Of a DNA stretch of 64,000 bases, positions 10,768-20,429 are shown piece after piece (the stretch's first letter is position 1; every line of letters starts with the position of its first letter). The translations under genes were made by a program, and so were the position numbers. Source of the DNA: Microgenomates group bacterium GW2011_GWC1_46_15 (GTDB lineage: Bacteria > Patescibacteriota > Microgenomatia > UBA1400 > UBA12028); assembly GCA_001002285.1 (NCBI GenBank), contig LCLX01000001.1, forward strand, positions 30 to 64,029. The letters are read 5' to 3'. A model generated the notes under the pieces. The model worked only from the letters and a program-made list of their open reading frames with translations, was not told the origin of the DNA and searched no databases.

Positions 10768-10791
10768 AGATATATTCTACTTGTGTGAGGA

Positions 10792-11250
10792 TTATCGTGA
10801 TGTAATCTCTGCGTCAAGCGCGGCATTCACCAATGCGTCAGCCCGTGCGTTTTTATCGCGGGGAATATGCGTGAATATATATGACAGTTTTAACGAGTCA
10901 AGAATGATGTGGATTTTCCTCACATACTCGAGAATGTGTGGTTGTTTTACTTTATATGTCCCGCTCATTTGTTGAACGACTAAAAGGGAGTCGAGAAAAA
11001 ATTGAATCCTTGTTGGTTTCTCCTTCCCAGAGGAAAGCGGGGAAGTGGGGGAACGGGAAAGCCATGTTGATGCCTGAAGAAGCGCTTCATACTCTGCGGT
11101 ATTATTGGTTGTTTGGCCAATATACAAACTTATTTCAAAAAGCGTTTTTCCTTGAAATTCTCCATGGACTCCTATTGCGGCTGGCCCCGGATTTCCCCGG
11201 GCTCCACCATCAGTAAAAATTGTTAGTGTGGAATCACTTACTTTTTGCAT
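10792..11250 (-). CDS. rnhA: ribonuclease HI
   Basis: FTDGGARGNPGPAA, TNNTAEYEAL, DSLLVVQQM, N-x-RADALVN. Confidence 0.93.
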   Translation of the reverse strand: MQKVSDSTLTIFTDGGARGNPGPAAIGVHGEFQGKTLFEISLYIGQTTNNTAEYEALLQASTWLSRSPTSPLSSGKEKPTRIQFFLDSLLVVQQMSGTYKVKQPHILEYVRKIHIILDSLKLSYIFTHIPRDKNARADALVNAALDAEITSR

Positions 11251-11695
11251 CAAGATTCCCCTCAGGAAACACCGTGAGTCTTCTTTCTATTCCTTCGCCC
11301 TCTGACTGCGTAACAACACCGGCGTCTTTGAGTGCCATATGCACAAGCCGGCGTTCTTCAGGAGAGAGCTGGGGAAGTGTTTCTGGTTTTCCAGACTCTT
11401 TAACCCGCTCAGCAACCTCAAGCGCCATCTGTTGAACAGCGTCGCCCCGACGCACCTTGTACTCATTAATGTCAACCGAGATGCGTTTTTCTCCCAATTG
11501 GTCGCGGAACGTTGTCGCGACAATGCGCTGAAGGCCGGTGAGCGTTTCACCACGGCGGCCAATAAACATCCCAGAGTCTTCCTCTGGGACGCGAATTGTT
11601 GCTTTAATGGTCTGCTCGTCTTCTTCTATGGTAATTTCTGCGTTTTCACACCCCATGTGGGCGAGTGCCTGTTCCAGATAATCTTGAATCGTCAT
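11234..11695 (-). CDS. jag: Jag/KhpB RNA-binding protein (KH+R3H, short form)
   Basis: IGRRGETLTGLQ, ERRLVH and SEGEGIERR motifs; located after yidC. Confidence 0.88.
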   Translation of the reverse strand: MTIQDYLEQALAHMGCENAEITIEEDEQTIKATIRVPEEDSGMFIGRRGETLTGLQRIVATTFRDQLGEKRISVDINEYKVRRGDAVQQMALEVAERVKESGKPETLPQLSPEERRLVHMALKDAGVVTQSEGEGIERRLTVFPEGNLDAKSK

Positions 11696-12459
11696 GCCGT
11701 CTCCTTTTTTGCGCGTACAAATATTTTATTCCAATACATCTTGAGTCCACCTGGGCCAGAAACAAGCCATTGCTGGCCAATGCTAAACACTGTACTTGCA
11801 ACCCAATACACTGCGAGACCAGCGGGGAACTTGAGCGCTGCAAACGCCGTCATAAAGGGAATCATAAACACCATTTGCTTCTGAATAGACTCCGCCATGT
11901 CTTGCGCGTTTCCTTCTTTTTTATTTGCTTCTTTCAGCTTTTTTGACTTTGCATCATCTGGAATGAGGTCGTGTGACTCGACGCCAGGCAAAACCATCAC
12001 TGACAATATCAACTGTGTAAGTCCTGCGAGGACGGGGAGAATATATGTGTGGTCTGGTTTCGCTAAATCAATAGTAAAAAACATTGTGTTGATTGTTACA
12101 CCGTTTACTTGCGGAGTATTAAGAAATGTATTGAGCCCTTGATAAAGAATAATGAGCGCGGCAAACTGAAGAATAAACGGCAAACAGCCCGCGAGGGGGT
12201 TGACGTTGTGTTCTTGATAGAGTTTTAACTGTTCTTGCTGAAGTTTTGTCTTATCTCCCCCATGAAGCGTTTTAAGTTCGTCTAGGTGCGGCTTGAGTTC
12301 CTGCATTTTTTTCTGTGTTTTCATGGTTGGAATAGAGAGGGGGGCGAGGATGCCGCGCAAAATCAGTGTAAAAAGAATAATGGCAAACCCAAAGTTTCCG
12401 CCAGAGAGTTGGTAGAGATAGACAAGAAAATGGAGAATTGGTGCCGTGATTTGTTCCAT
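11692..12459 (-). CDS. yidC: membrane protein insertase YidC
   Basis: GFAIILFT, LYQEHNVNPLAGCLP, PAGLAVYW. Confidence 0.93.
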   Translation of the reverse strand: MEQITAPILHFLVYLYQLSGGNFGFAIILFTLILRGILAPLSIPTMKTQKKMQELKPHLDELKTLHGGDKTKLQQEQLKLYQEHNVNPLAGCLPFILQFAALIILYQGLNTFLNTPQVNGVTINTMFFTIDLAKPDHTYILPVLAGLTQLILSVMVLPGVESHDLIPDDAKSKKLKEANKKEGNAQDMAESIQKQMVFMIPFMTAFAALKFPAGLAVYWVASTVFSIGQQWLVSGPGGLKMYWNKIFVRAKKETA

Positions 12460-12493
12460 ATGTCGCGCGAACGAATATACGTATGATCTGTAT

Positions 12494-12733
12494 TTATGAT
12501 CTACACGAGAGAATGCGTTTCATTCCCATCAATAATCCCCGCATTGTACCATATTTTTGAATGCTTCTTGCCGCATACTCACTGCAGGTGGGGGAGTGGA
12601 TACACTCCGGCGCGCGACCAAACGCCGTTTTTTCCATAGACCGAAATACTGGGTACACTGCCCGATAGGCATTAACGAGTCCTATCGCGCATTTCTGTGA
12701 GAAGGTGAGTGATGGTGCGCTCGAGTGAGTCAT
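12494..12733 (-). CDS. yidD: membrane protein insertion efficiency factor YidD
   Basis: C-x3-PTCSEYA...KYG...RILSC motif; synteny. Confidence 0.88.
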   Translation of the reverse strand: MTHSSAPSLTFSQKCAIGLVNAYRAVYPVFRSMEKTAFGRAPECIHSPTCSEYAARSIQKYGTMRGLLMGMKRILSCRS

Positions 12734-13016
12734 GCGTTTCTCCTGCTTTATGAATAATAATAATACACTCTTTGCCTTGTATTTCGGTGGCGTTATTAAT
12801 AATTTTTTCTTGAATAATCGCGCTCACGATTCTTTTGAGAAGATTGCGCCCTGTTGCTTTTCTTACCACAGTCGCCGGAACAATAACAGCGGCGCGCGGT
12901 GTCTTATCTTGAGATTTTCTCCAATAGAGTCCTACTCCGCGCAGTGATACCCGCTTTGCCTGAGGAAAAAATTTCTTTTCTTTGCGGAGGTGAAGGCGAT
13001 TCTGTTGAGGAAGCAT
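12672..13016 (-). CDS. rnpA: ribonuclease P protein component
   Basis: MLPQQNRL start, KATGRNLLKR (RNR-like motif); sits between rpmH and yidD. Confidence 0.8.
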   Translation of the reverse strand: MLPQQNRLHLRKEKKFFPQAKRVSLRGVGLYWRKSQDKTPRAAVIVPATVVRKATGRNLLKRIVSAIIQEKIINNATEIQGKECIIIIHKAGETHDSLERTITHLLTEMRDRTR

Positions 13017-13024
13017 GCGGTGCG

Positions 13025-13168
13025 CTACACAGTCAGCGTTTTTCTACCTTTTTGTCTGCGCCTTGCCAAGACCTTGCGGCCATCTTTTGTCTGCATGCGC
13101 TTGCGGAATCCGTGCGTGCGGGTCCGTTTCTTTTTCTTTGGTTGCCATGTGCGAAATGTTTTTGCCAT
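13025..13168 (-). CDS. rpmH: 50S ribosomal protein L34 (missing from the ORF track)
   Basis: Hand translation: [47 protein letters not shown]. Confidence 0.96.
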   Translation of the reverse strand: MAKTFRTWQPKKKKRTRTHGFRKRMQTKDGRKVLARRRQKGRKTLTV

Positions 13169-13235
13169 GTGGGCATTATATCAGGAAAAGCCGAGAGTAC
13201 AACGTCACCGCCCTCTGTTTCTTTATGTTCTTTAG

Positions 13236-13307
13236 TTATCCACATCATCATTTTTAACAAATGTGTTTTTTAGTCCGTCTTTTTTCCTACTTGTAAAATG
13301 TGGATAA
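13236..13307. promoter_or_regulatory. DnaA boxes upstream of dnaA
   Basis: TTATCCACA at 13236-13244 and TGTGGATAA at 13299-13307. Confidence 0.8.
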
Positions 13308-13427
13308 CTGCATATAAGATTGGTGGACGTTTCCCCGCCCAAAAACTCTATTGCGTATATCCACGCAGTTCTGTCACCAAACGCTGCCCAATTCCGCCCG
13401 CCAACGTTACACATAAAAGGCGCTCAT

Positions 13428-14894
13428 ATGACCATGATGACTCCACAAGAACTCTGGGAAAAATCCCGCCCACCACTTGAAGACGCTCTCTCAAAAAGGA
13501 TGTATACTTTTTGGTTTAGTACAACAGAACTTACCGAAATCCGTGAAGTCGGAGAAGACCGCGCGATCGGTGTTATTAGCGGCTCAAGCGTTTTTCATCT
13601 TAGTAATGTTGAAAATAAATACTACGCGCACATTAAGGAAGTGTTTGACAAACTTACGGGGAAAAAATTTGAACTTCAGTTCGCCATTAAGCGGGGAGTG
13701 AAAAAACAGAAGAGCATTGCTGGGGGAACGGGGAAGGGTTCATCAAAGAAAAATCCTCAAGAAGAGTTCCCCAACCTTTTTTCGCAGGAAAATCAGCGCA
13801 TTGAAGGATCTCAAGAAAAAGGTAAAACATTTCCCACCTCGTTTACGTTTGCCCTGCAAAAGGCTGGCCTTCGCGAAGACTACGCATTTGAAACGCTCGC
13901 TGTTTCTTCAAGTAATGAAATGGCACACGCCGCCGCGGTCGCGGTGTCACAAAATCCCGGAACCGCATACAACCCGCTTTTCCTTTACGGCGGGGTGGGG
14001 GTGGGGAAAACCCACCTTATGCAAGCAATCGGCAATAATATTTTGAGGAAAAATCCACAAACGCCCATTGCATATATTACGGGCGAGCAGTTTACAAACG
14101 AAATCGTCGCGGCAATTCAGCAAAAGCGCACGATTGATCTCAAGAAAAAGTTCCGCAACTATAAGGTACTCCTTGTTGATGACGTGCAGTTTATCGCAGG
14201 GAAAAACACCGTGCAGGAAGAGTTTTTCCACACGTTCAACGCGATCACACCGGCGGGGGGACAAATTATTTTGACTTCAGACCGCCCACCACACGAAATC
14301 ATGTTGCTTGAAGACCGGTTACGTTCGCGGTTCGAGGCCGGGCTTATTGTTGATATTCAGCAGCCCTCGTTTGAACTCCGCACCGCCATTTTGCTCATCA
14401 AGGCTAAAAAACTCGAGCTCGACCTTCCTATGGATGTGGCACAGCGGATTGCTTCGGCGATTGAAAGCACCCGGAGGCTCGAGGGAATCCTTATTAAACT
14501 CCACTCTGAACACACTCTTTTTAAAAAACCCATCTCTATTGAGCTTGTGGAGGAAATTTTGGGGAAAATCGAGAAAGTTGAGTTTCCAAAACAAGATATT
14601 AAGCCCGCAGAAGTATTAAAAACGGTTGCCGCGCAGTTCCATCTCACAACAAATAGCCTCAAGGGGCCGTCCCGAGTTAAAAATCTCGTTGAAGCTCGGC
14701 ATATTGCGATGTATATTCTCCGGTATGATCTCGGGGTAACCCTCGATCAAATCGGTCTTTTGTTTAATGGGCGGGACCACTCCAGCATTATTCATGCAAC
14801 CGAAAAAATTAAGGCTACTATTATAGAAAATGAGGAGCTCCGCACTCGGGTAAACGCGGTAAAAACAAGCCTGTCATTCCGCCAAGAGTCGTAG
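13428..14894 (+). CDS. dnaA: chromosomal replication initiator DnaA
   Basis: YNPLFLYGGVGVGKTHL, LLVDDVQF, QEEFFHTFN, RLRSRFE, RDHSSIIHA. Confidence 0.98.
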   Translation: MTMMTPQELWEKSRPPLEDALSKRMYTFWFSTTELTEIREVGEDRAIGVISGSSVFHLSNVENKYYAHIKEVFDKLTGKKFELQFAIKRGVKKQKSIAGGTGKGSSKKNPQEEFPNLFSQENQRIEGSQEKGKTFPTSFTFALQKAGLREDYAFETLAVSSSNEMAHAAAVAVSQNPGTAYNPLFLYGGVGVGKTHLMQAIGNNILRKNPQTPIAYITGEQFTNEIVAAIQQKRTIDLKKKFRNYKVLLVDDVQFIAGKNTVQEEFFHTFNAITPAGGQIILTSDRPPHEIMLLEDRLRSRFEAGLIVDIQQPSFELRTAILLIKAKKLELDLPMDVAQRIASAIESTRRLEGILIKLHSEHTLFKKPISIELVEEILGKIEKVEFPKQDIKPAEVLKTVAAQFHLTTNSLKGPSRVKNLVEARHIAMYILRYDLGVTLDQIGLLFNGRDHSSIIHATEKIKATIIENEELRTRVNAVKTSLSFRQES

Positions 14895-15244
14895 TCCTTT
14901 CCCACATTTCTAGACCACAATGGTAAAAAGATGTTGATATCTCTACTCCAATTGTGGGAACTGTGGACAACCCCAACTGAGTTATCCACTTACCCACAAA
15001 ATTGGGCGGTTATCCACAAAGTTATCCACAGTTTTCCACATAGTATTCAACACAAATATCTCCCGAATTACTTGAAGGGCCGTCGATGAGTTATCCATTT
15101 ACCCCCATTCCTACTACTAGTACTACTATTGTATATACGTTTAAGAAAGACACGAACAGCCCCTCCAGGAACTCTCTTTAACAATCCTTCTCAAAACTAT
15201 CGGTACTTCACAAACCTCCTTTACACGTTTACAATTCGGGCACG
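14895..15244. other. replication origin oriC (DnaA boxes, DnaA-trios, AT-rich tract)
   Basis: TTATCCACA at 15010 and 15022; near-consensus boxes at 14962, 14982, 14990, 15032, 15091; CTACTACTAGTACTACTA at 15111-15128. Confidence 0.9.
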
Positions 15245-16357
15245 ATGCAATTCACTATTCTCCAAGAAAATCTTTTAAAGGCAACACAAGAAGTTCTTCG
15301 TTTCATTCCATCAAAAACACCGCTTCCGATTCTTTCATGTTTTCTTCTTGAGGTAAAAAGGGGGGAAATATCCTTCTCCGCAACGGACTTGCAGACAGGG
15401 ATCAAAGAAACCGTTGATGGAAAAGTGATGAGTACGGGGGCTACCGCGCTTCCAGCAAGAGTATTTGTCGAGTATATTTCTTCACTACCAGCCGGAACAA
15501 TTGAAGTCGAAGAAAAAGATGCAGAGCTTCATATAACAGCGGGGAAAGCGTCAGCAGTGTTTCAAATATCTTCTCCAAAAGACTTTCCACAGTTCCCAGA
15601 AAAAGAAGGGGAGGATGTTGTTTTGCCGCGCGAAGCATTTCTCTCGATTATAGAAAAAGGAGGACTTGCCTCTGGTGTGGATGAAACGCGCCCCGTATTC
15701 TCATCGCTCTATATTGAAGGAAAAGACGGGGTATTGTGTGGGGTGAGCACCGACGGATACAGGTTGGCACGGAAAGAAGTAAAGATAAAAGGGTGGAAGT
15801 ACGACGGCATCCTTTTGCCAACCAAAGCCGTCCGCGAAATTTCCCGCATCATTGACCGCCTGCACGTGGAAAGCGTTGGAATAAGCCTCTCTGCACGCTT
15901 AGGGCAAGTCTTTTTTACCGCCGGCGATTTATTTTGCAGTGTTCGGCTCATCGAAGCAAGTTTTCCGGACTACGACACAATTATCCCAAAAGAATTCGGT
16001 GTTCAAATAAAGTTTCAGCGTGAAGAATTTTTGTCTGCACTCAAAACTGCGCTTGTATTTGGAAAAGAAAGTTCTGGAATTATTAAACTTTCCATTCAAA
16101 AGGACTCGTTGTTGATTACTGCATCATCAAACGCTGTTGGGAAAAATGAAACACAGGTTGATATAGAAAAAATTACGGGAGAAAATGCAGAAATTGCGTT
16201 CAATGGGAAGTATCTTCAGGATTTACTGTCCGCGGTTACCGGCGAGACCGTGTGGTTTGGAATGAATGAGCCATTAAAGCCTGGAATGTTCAAAATTGAA
16301 GGTGAAGAAGGATTTGTGTATATCGTGATGCCGTTCCGTATGCAGGGGGAAAGTTAG
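15245..16357 (+). CDS. dnaN: DNA polymerase III beta sliding clamp
   Basis: LPILS, ATDL, STDGYRLA, FPDY, IAFNGKYL, YIVMPFR. Confidence 0.97.
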   Translation: MQFTILQENLLKATQEVLRFIPSKTPLPILSCFLLEVKRGEISFSATDLQTGIKETVDGKVMSTGATALPARVFVEYISSLPAGTIEVEEKDAELHITAGKASAVFQISSPKDFPQFPEKEGEDVVLPREAFLSIIEKGGLASGVDETRPVFSSLYIEGKDGVLCGVSTDGYRLARKEVKIKGWKYDGILLPTKAVREISRIIDRLHVESVGISLSARLGQVFFTAGDLFCSVRLIEASFPDYDTIIPKEFGVQIKFQREEFLSALKTALVFGKESSGIIKLSIQKDSLLITASSNAVGKNETQVDIEKITGENAEIAFNGKYLQDLLSAVTGETVWFGMNEPLKPGMFKIEGEEGFVYIVMPFRMQGES

Positions 16358-16359
16358 AT

Positions 16360-18288
16360 TTAAGCGGCCGCCTGCAGTTGTGGTTGCGATAGCGGTTGAC
16401 CAGCCGGCGCTGGAGCGTTTTGTGCCTGGCCAGAGAGTTGCGAGGCACTTCGTTTTTGTAATATTTCTTCAGGATTCGTTGTAATAAGGTCGTGTTCGTC
16501 TTGCGACGCAACGACGCGGATCGCGACATGATTTTGTCCGGCAAAAAATAATCCTTCACCAACGTCGCTTGCTATCAAAAACCTCCGCTCTCCTTCGGAT
16601 AAGAAAAAGACTTGTGAGAGATAGGGGATCGCGGCAGACGACTGTTTCATTAAAAATTGAATGGACGAGTTTGTAACAATCGCTTTTCCAAAATCGTTGT
16701 TCAAAAAGTCCTCAACGTCCTGTGTGATCGTGGTGATGCCAAGATAATACTTGCGCGCGCGCTTCGCCATGGAGTGCAAGAAACTTGCGGAGTCTTTGTA
16801 CTTCATAAAGTACCACGCCTCATCGACGATCAGAATGCGTTTTTTAAGGTTTTTCTTAATGCGTGTCCAAACAAAATCAAGGATTAAAAACATCGCAATT
16901 GGGCGAAGTTCCTCTTCCATTTCTTTCACGGAAAACACAGTGAATTGATTTGTGATGTTGATGTTTGATTTTTGATCGAAAATACCACGGAATGACCCCT
17001 TGATGAATTTCTCCAGGCGCGCGGCGAGATTTTGGGACTCTTGGTTTTCCATTCCAAGAAGCGCTTTATATAAATCTTCCATAAGCGGAGGTTCATTGGT
17101 TTGTGTTGCCGGATCGGGTGTAATTCCTTTGGCCTTGTATGCCGCGATGAGCGCGCGGTCGAGCATCGCGTCTTCGGTTGGAGAAAGCTCTCCCATCATA
17201 ATTTTTAACAACGTATGAATGGAAATAATCTTCATTCCAAGCTCATTTTCACCCTCTTCATAGACCGCGCTCAAATCAAACGGATTGATTTTTTTAGGAG
17301 AACTAAACGTGAAGTTGATGTACTCGCCGCCAACGGATGTGCAAAGATCTTCGTACTCATGTTCGGGATCAAGAACAATGAGTTCGACATCAAACATGAG
17401 CTGGCGCAGAGCCTCAAGCTTCACGGCGTATGATTTTCCAGCACCGGATTTTGCAAACACCACCATGTTCGCGTTTTCCATACTAAACCGGTCGAAAATC
17501 ACCAACGAATCATTGTGCTCATTTACGCCGTACAACAGGCCCGTGTCGCTTGTGAGTTCGGCTGAAGTGAATGGGAATGTTGTCGCAAGCGACGTGGTGT
17601 CCATGTTGCGCGTGATCAAAAGTTTGTCCACGCCGATCGGGAGGGTGGTCTTAAACCCATCTTCAATTTGAAGCGCAGCAACCTTGCTCACAATAAGTAA
17701 TGAGCCGAGCATGGAGCGGATTTTATTTGTTGTTTTATTGAGTTCTTCCAGTGAAACATCAGAAATAGTGATATACAGTCCAAACTGGTAGAACCGTTCT
17801 GCGCCTTTTGCCAACTGTTCCTGGATTGATCGCGCGTCTTCTAGCTTAATTTCGGTATTAATATTACTCAGTTTTCCTTGCCGAATATCCGAACTAATTT
17901 CAGCCTCCATTTCAGTGATTTTCCGCCGTAAATCATCCAGAATCTTCTTTGATTCAACAGGGAAAATATGCATAGAAATGTCCAATGAATGCGGGAAATT
18001 AATGAGTGGGGAGAGCCAGTTTGCCGGAACGGTTCTTGGGTAGCCAGCGACAAATAATGTGCGGATAAACACATCATTGATTTTTTGGTATGAAAAATCC
18101 ACCTCAATTGCTTCCGGCGCAATAATGTCTTGGATGCTCACAAGGCCGGATGAAAATCGGTCAAGATCTTCTTTTGAAGGAATATGGGGCTGAGTACTGG
18201 ACGGGACAGTCGCCCCGCCGCTAGAGCTAGCGTTTTGCTGCGCAGAGTCTTTTTGTTTTGGTTTTAAAAACGGAAATGTGATGGGCAT
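16360..18288 (-). CDS. VirB4/TraC-like type IV secretion ATPase
   Basis: Walker A AKSGAGKS, DPEHEY, INPFDL, Walker B IVDEAW, KRARKYYLG, ITQDVEDFL. Confidence 0.92.
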   Translation of the reverse strand: MPITFPFLKPKQKDSAQQNASSSGGATVPSSTQPHIPSKEDLDRFSSGLVSIQDIIAPEAIEVDFSYQKINDVFIRTLFVAGYPRTVPANWLSPLINFPHSLDISMHIFPVESKKILDDLRRKITEMEAEISSDIRQGKLSNINTEIKLEDARSIQEQLAKGAERFYQFGLYITISDVSLEELNKTTNKIRSMLGSLLIVSKVAALQIEDGFKTTLPIGVDKLLITRNMDTTSLATTFPFTSAELTSDTGLLYGVNEHNDSLVIFDRFSMENANMVVFAKSGAGKSYAVKLEALRQLMFDVELIVLDPEHEYEDLCTSVGGEYINFTFSSPKKINPFDLSAVYEEGENELGMKIISIHTLLKIMMGELSPTEDAMLDRALIAAYKAKGITPDPATQTNEPPLMEDLYKALLGMENQESQNLAARLEKFIKGSFRGIFDQKSNINITNQFTVFSVKEMEEELRPIAMFLILDFVWTRIKKNLKKRILIVDEAWYFMKYKDSASFLHSMAKRARKYYLGITTITQDVEDFLNNDFGKAIVTNSSIQFLMKQSSAAIPYLSQVFFLSEGERRFLIASDVGEGLFFAGQNHVAIRVVASQDEHDLITTNPEEILQKRSASQLSGQAQNAPAPAGQPLSQPQLQAAA

Positions 18289-18314
18289 AGCAATGCACTC
18301 ATGGTATCAGGCAT

Positions 18315-19337
18315 ATGTATGATGTTCAACACCGCGCCCCACGCCTACAATTTAATGCAATCCAATCAACAACACAAAACTATCTCGAAATCTACGACGT
18401 TACAAACGATCTCGTCATTTTGCGCGATGGAACCGTGGCGCTTCTCCTGACGACAAACTCGCTCAACTTTGGACTGCTTTCCGAAGAAGAACAGGACTCG
18501 ATCATTTACACGTACGCCGGCTTATTAAACTCACTCTCTTTCCCCATTGAAATCGTGATTCGGTCGCAGAAAAAAGATATTTCCGTGTATCTTCATTATG
18601 TTGAAGAACTTGAACAAAAAAATCCGATGCCAATTCGCAAAACGCAGATCCGCCGGTACCGCGAGTTTATTCAGGAGTTGGTAAAAGAACGGAATATTTT
18701 AGACAAGAAATTTTATATCGCAATTCCATTTGCGGGAGCGTCGCTATCGCTTTCCGGCGCGATTCCGAACATTAAGAAAGAAAAAACGTTTTCTTTAGAT
18801 AAAGCGTATGTTCTCGAAAAAGCAAAAACAGACCTGGAGCCCAAACGCGACCACTTGATCGCGCAGTTTGCCCGCATCGGACTATATGCCCGCCAGCTCA
18901 CAACGCAGGAAATTATTCATCTCATGTACACGATTTATAATCCTGGGACGTCTGAAGGACAGAGAATGACGGATACGGGAAGTTACACAACGCCGCTTGT
19001 TGAGGCGAGCTTGCAAGGAGTGATGAGTCAGCCAGCGCTGCAGTCGTTCACAAAAGATGCGGATATGGGTGAAAAAGTAGCACCGACACCAGCGCCACAA
19101 GCGCAAACCCCAGCACAAACGCCCCCACCAACTCAATTGGAAGAAAAACCCATCGTGCAACAATCCGCGCAACCACCCCAATCAGAAAAAACGAGTGGAA
19201 CTGTCCGCATTATTCCTCCAGGAGAGCCGGTAAAAATTCAGCCACCGACAATGCCAATAACGCCAACGATGCCAGGAGCATCAGTACCAACACCATCAAC
19301 GCTCCAGAATTTACAAACTCCAACACCGGTGGTTTAA
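18315..19337 (+). CDS. TraC N-terminal-like VirB4 partner with Pro-rich tail
   Basis: STTQNYLEI, NFGLLSEEEQDSIIYTYAGLLNSLSFPIEIVIRS and KKFYIAIPF resemble the CPR VirB4-associated family. Confidence 0.75.
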   Translation: MYDVQHRAPRLQFNAIQSTTQNYLEIYDVTNDLVILRDGTVALLLTTNSLNFGLLSEEEQDSIIYTYAGLLNSLSFPIEIVIRSQKKDISVYLHYVEELEQKNPMPIRKTQIRRYREFIQELVKERNILDKKFYIAIPFAGASLSLSGAIPNIKKEKTFSLDKAYVLEKAKTDLEPKRDHLIAQFARIGLYARQLTTQEIIHLMYTIYNPGTSEGQRMTDTGSYTTPLVEASLQGVMSQPALQSFTKDADMGEKVAPTPAPQAQTPAQTPPPTQLEEKPIVQQSAQPPQSEKTSGTVRIIPPGEPVKIQPPTMPITPTMPGASVPTPSTLQNLQTPTPVV

Positions 19338-20396
19338 TTTTTCGCGCGGATTTCCAGAGGCCCAAGAATAGCGTTATTCATCGAAAGCGTGATTGGATCA
19401 AACGTAAACCCGTCTTTTTCTGTGGTAATGCGGTACTCGCCAGACTTGAGTGGGGATGTTGAGAAAAACTGACCAAGTCTCCAACACCATGCCAACGACA
19501 ACGTTAGGGGTCGTTGGTGTTTTTGGAAAGGGGAGCATTGTGTTTACCGTAGCCTTCGTTGCGGTATCCGTTGCTTGTGATGAAAACGCAACTTGATCGG
19601 AATGATAGTGAAGCACATCTGGCGCTGCTTTTTGTGGTTGTAGCGCTTGTTCAGGCTTAATTCCTTGAGCAGTGTCACGGGCAACAGAAACAGGTTTTTC
19701 TCGCGCAATAGTCACGGTTTTATTTATCCCGGGAAGCACGCGGTCTTTCAACTCTCTTTGTTCTTTGATTTTTGAGAGTGAAATAATGCCGCGCATTTTT
19801 GACGGATCCTGCGCGTGTAAACTATGCATCGTAACAACGAGCGATGGTTTTTCAGCATACTCATCAAGCATATTTGGTCCACCACTGGAAACGGTAACAT
19901 TCTTTGCCGCGGGAGTAGTGTCGTATAACTGCTGAAGCGCCGCGACCCTATCATATATTTCTTGATCAAACTCATCCCGCACGACTGGTTTTGCGATGGA
20001 CTCAAAATACGCCTGTGCACGCGATGACCTGCTTTTTGCCGAACTCATCGGAAGTGGCGCAGTAGCCACGGTTTGCGAGCGCGTATATGAAAAAAGATCC
20101 GGCACGCGCAATGATTTTTTCCAGTTGAACTTTGTTGGGTTGTAAATGGCGCGGATAAACGCGAGAAACCATTGGTCGAGTGGCCGTTCCTCAAGCGGGA
20201 GAAACGCGAGCGCTGCTCCAGCTAGGACAAAGATAATAATAAGCGGAAACTTAAAAATCTGAGGAAGATTCGAAGAATATGTTAAAAATGCAAGCACGCC
20301 GCCCGACGCCAGTTCAAAAAACTGTTTCAGTGTCATGTTTCCAATGAGATGGAACTCGTATGACGTTACATTCTGTGGGACAGGATGCTCTTGCAT
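19334..20396 (-). pseudogene. PrgI family protein with frameshifted C-terminal domain
   Basis: EHPVPQNV, LIGNMTLKQF, two TM, ERPLDQW; frame shifts near 19480 and RLGQFFSTSPL...LEIRAKN* continues in another frame to 19334. Confidence 0.7.
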
Positions 20397-20429
20397 GAAA
20401 ACATTGTAGCAGAGAAGAAGGGCGACCGA

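Noticed and set aside
13033-13260. 75-aa ORF from the track
   Set aside because: Wrong frame over rpmH (13025-13168) and the DnaA boxes
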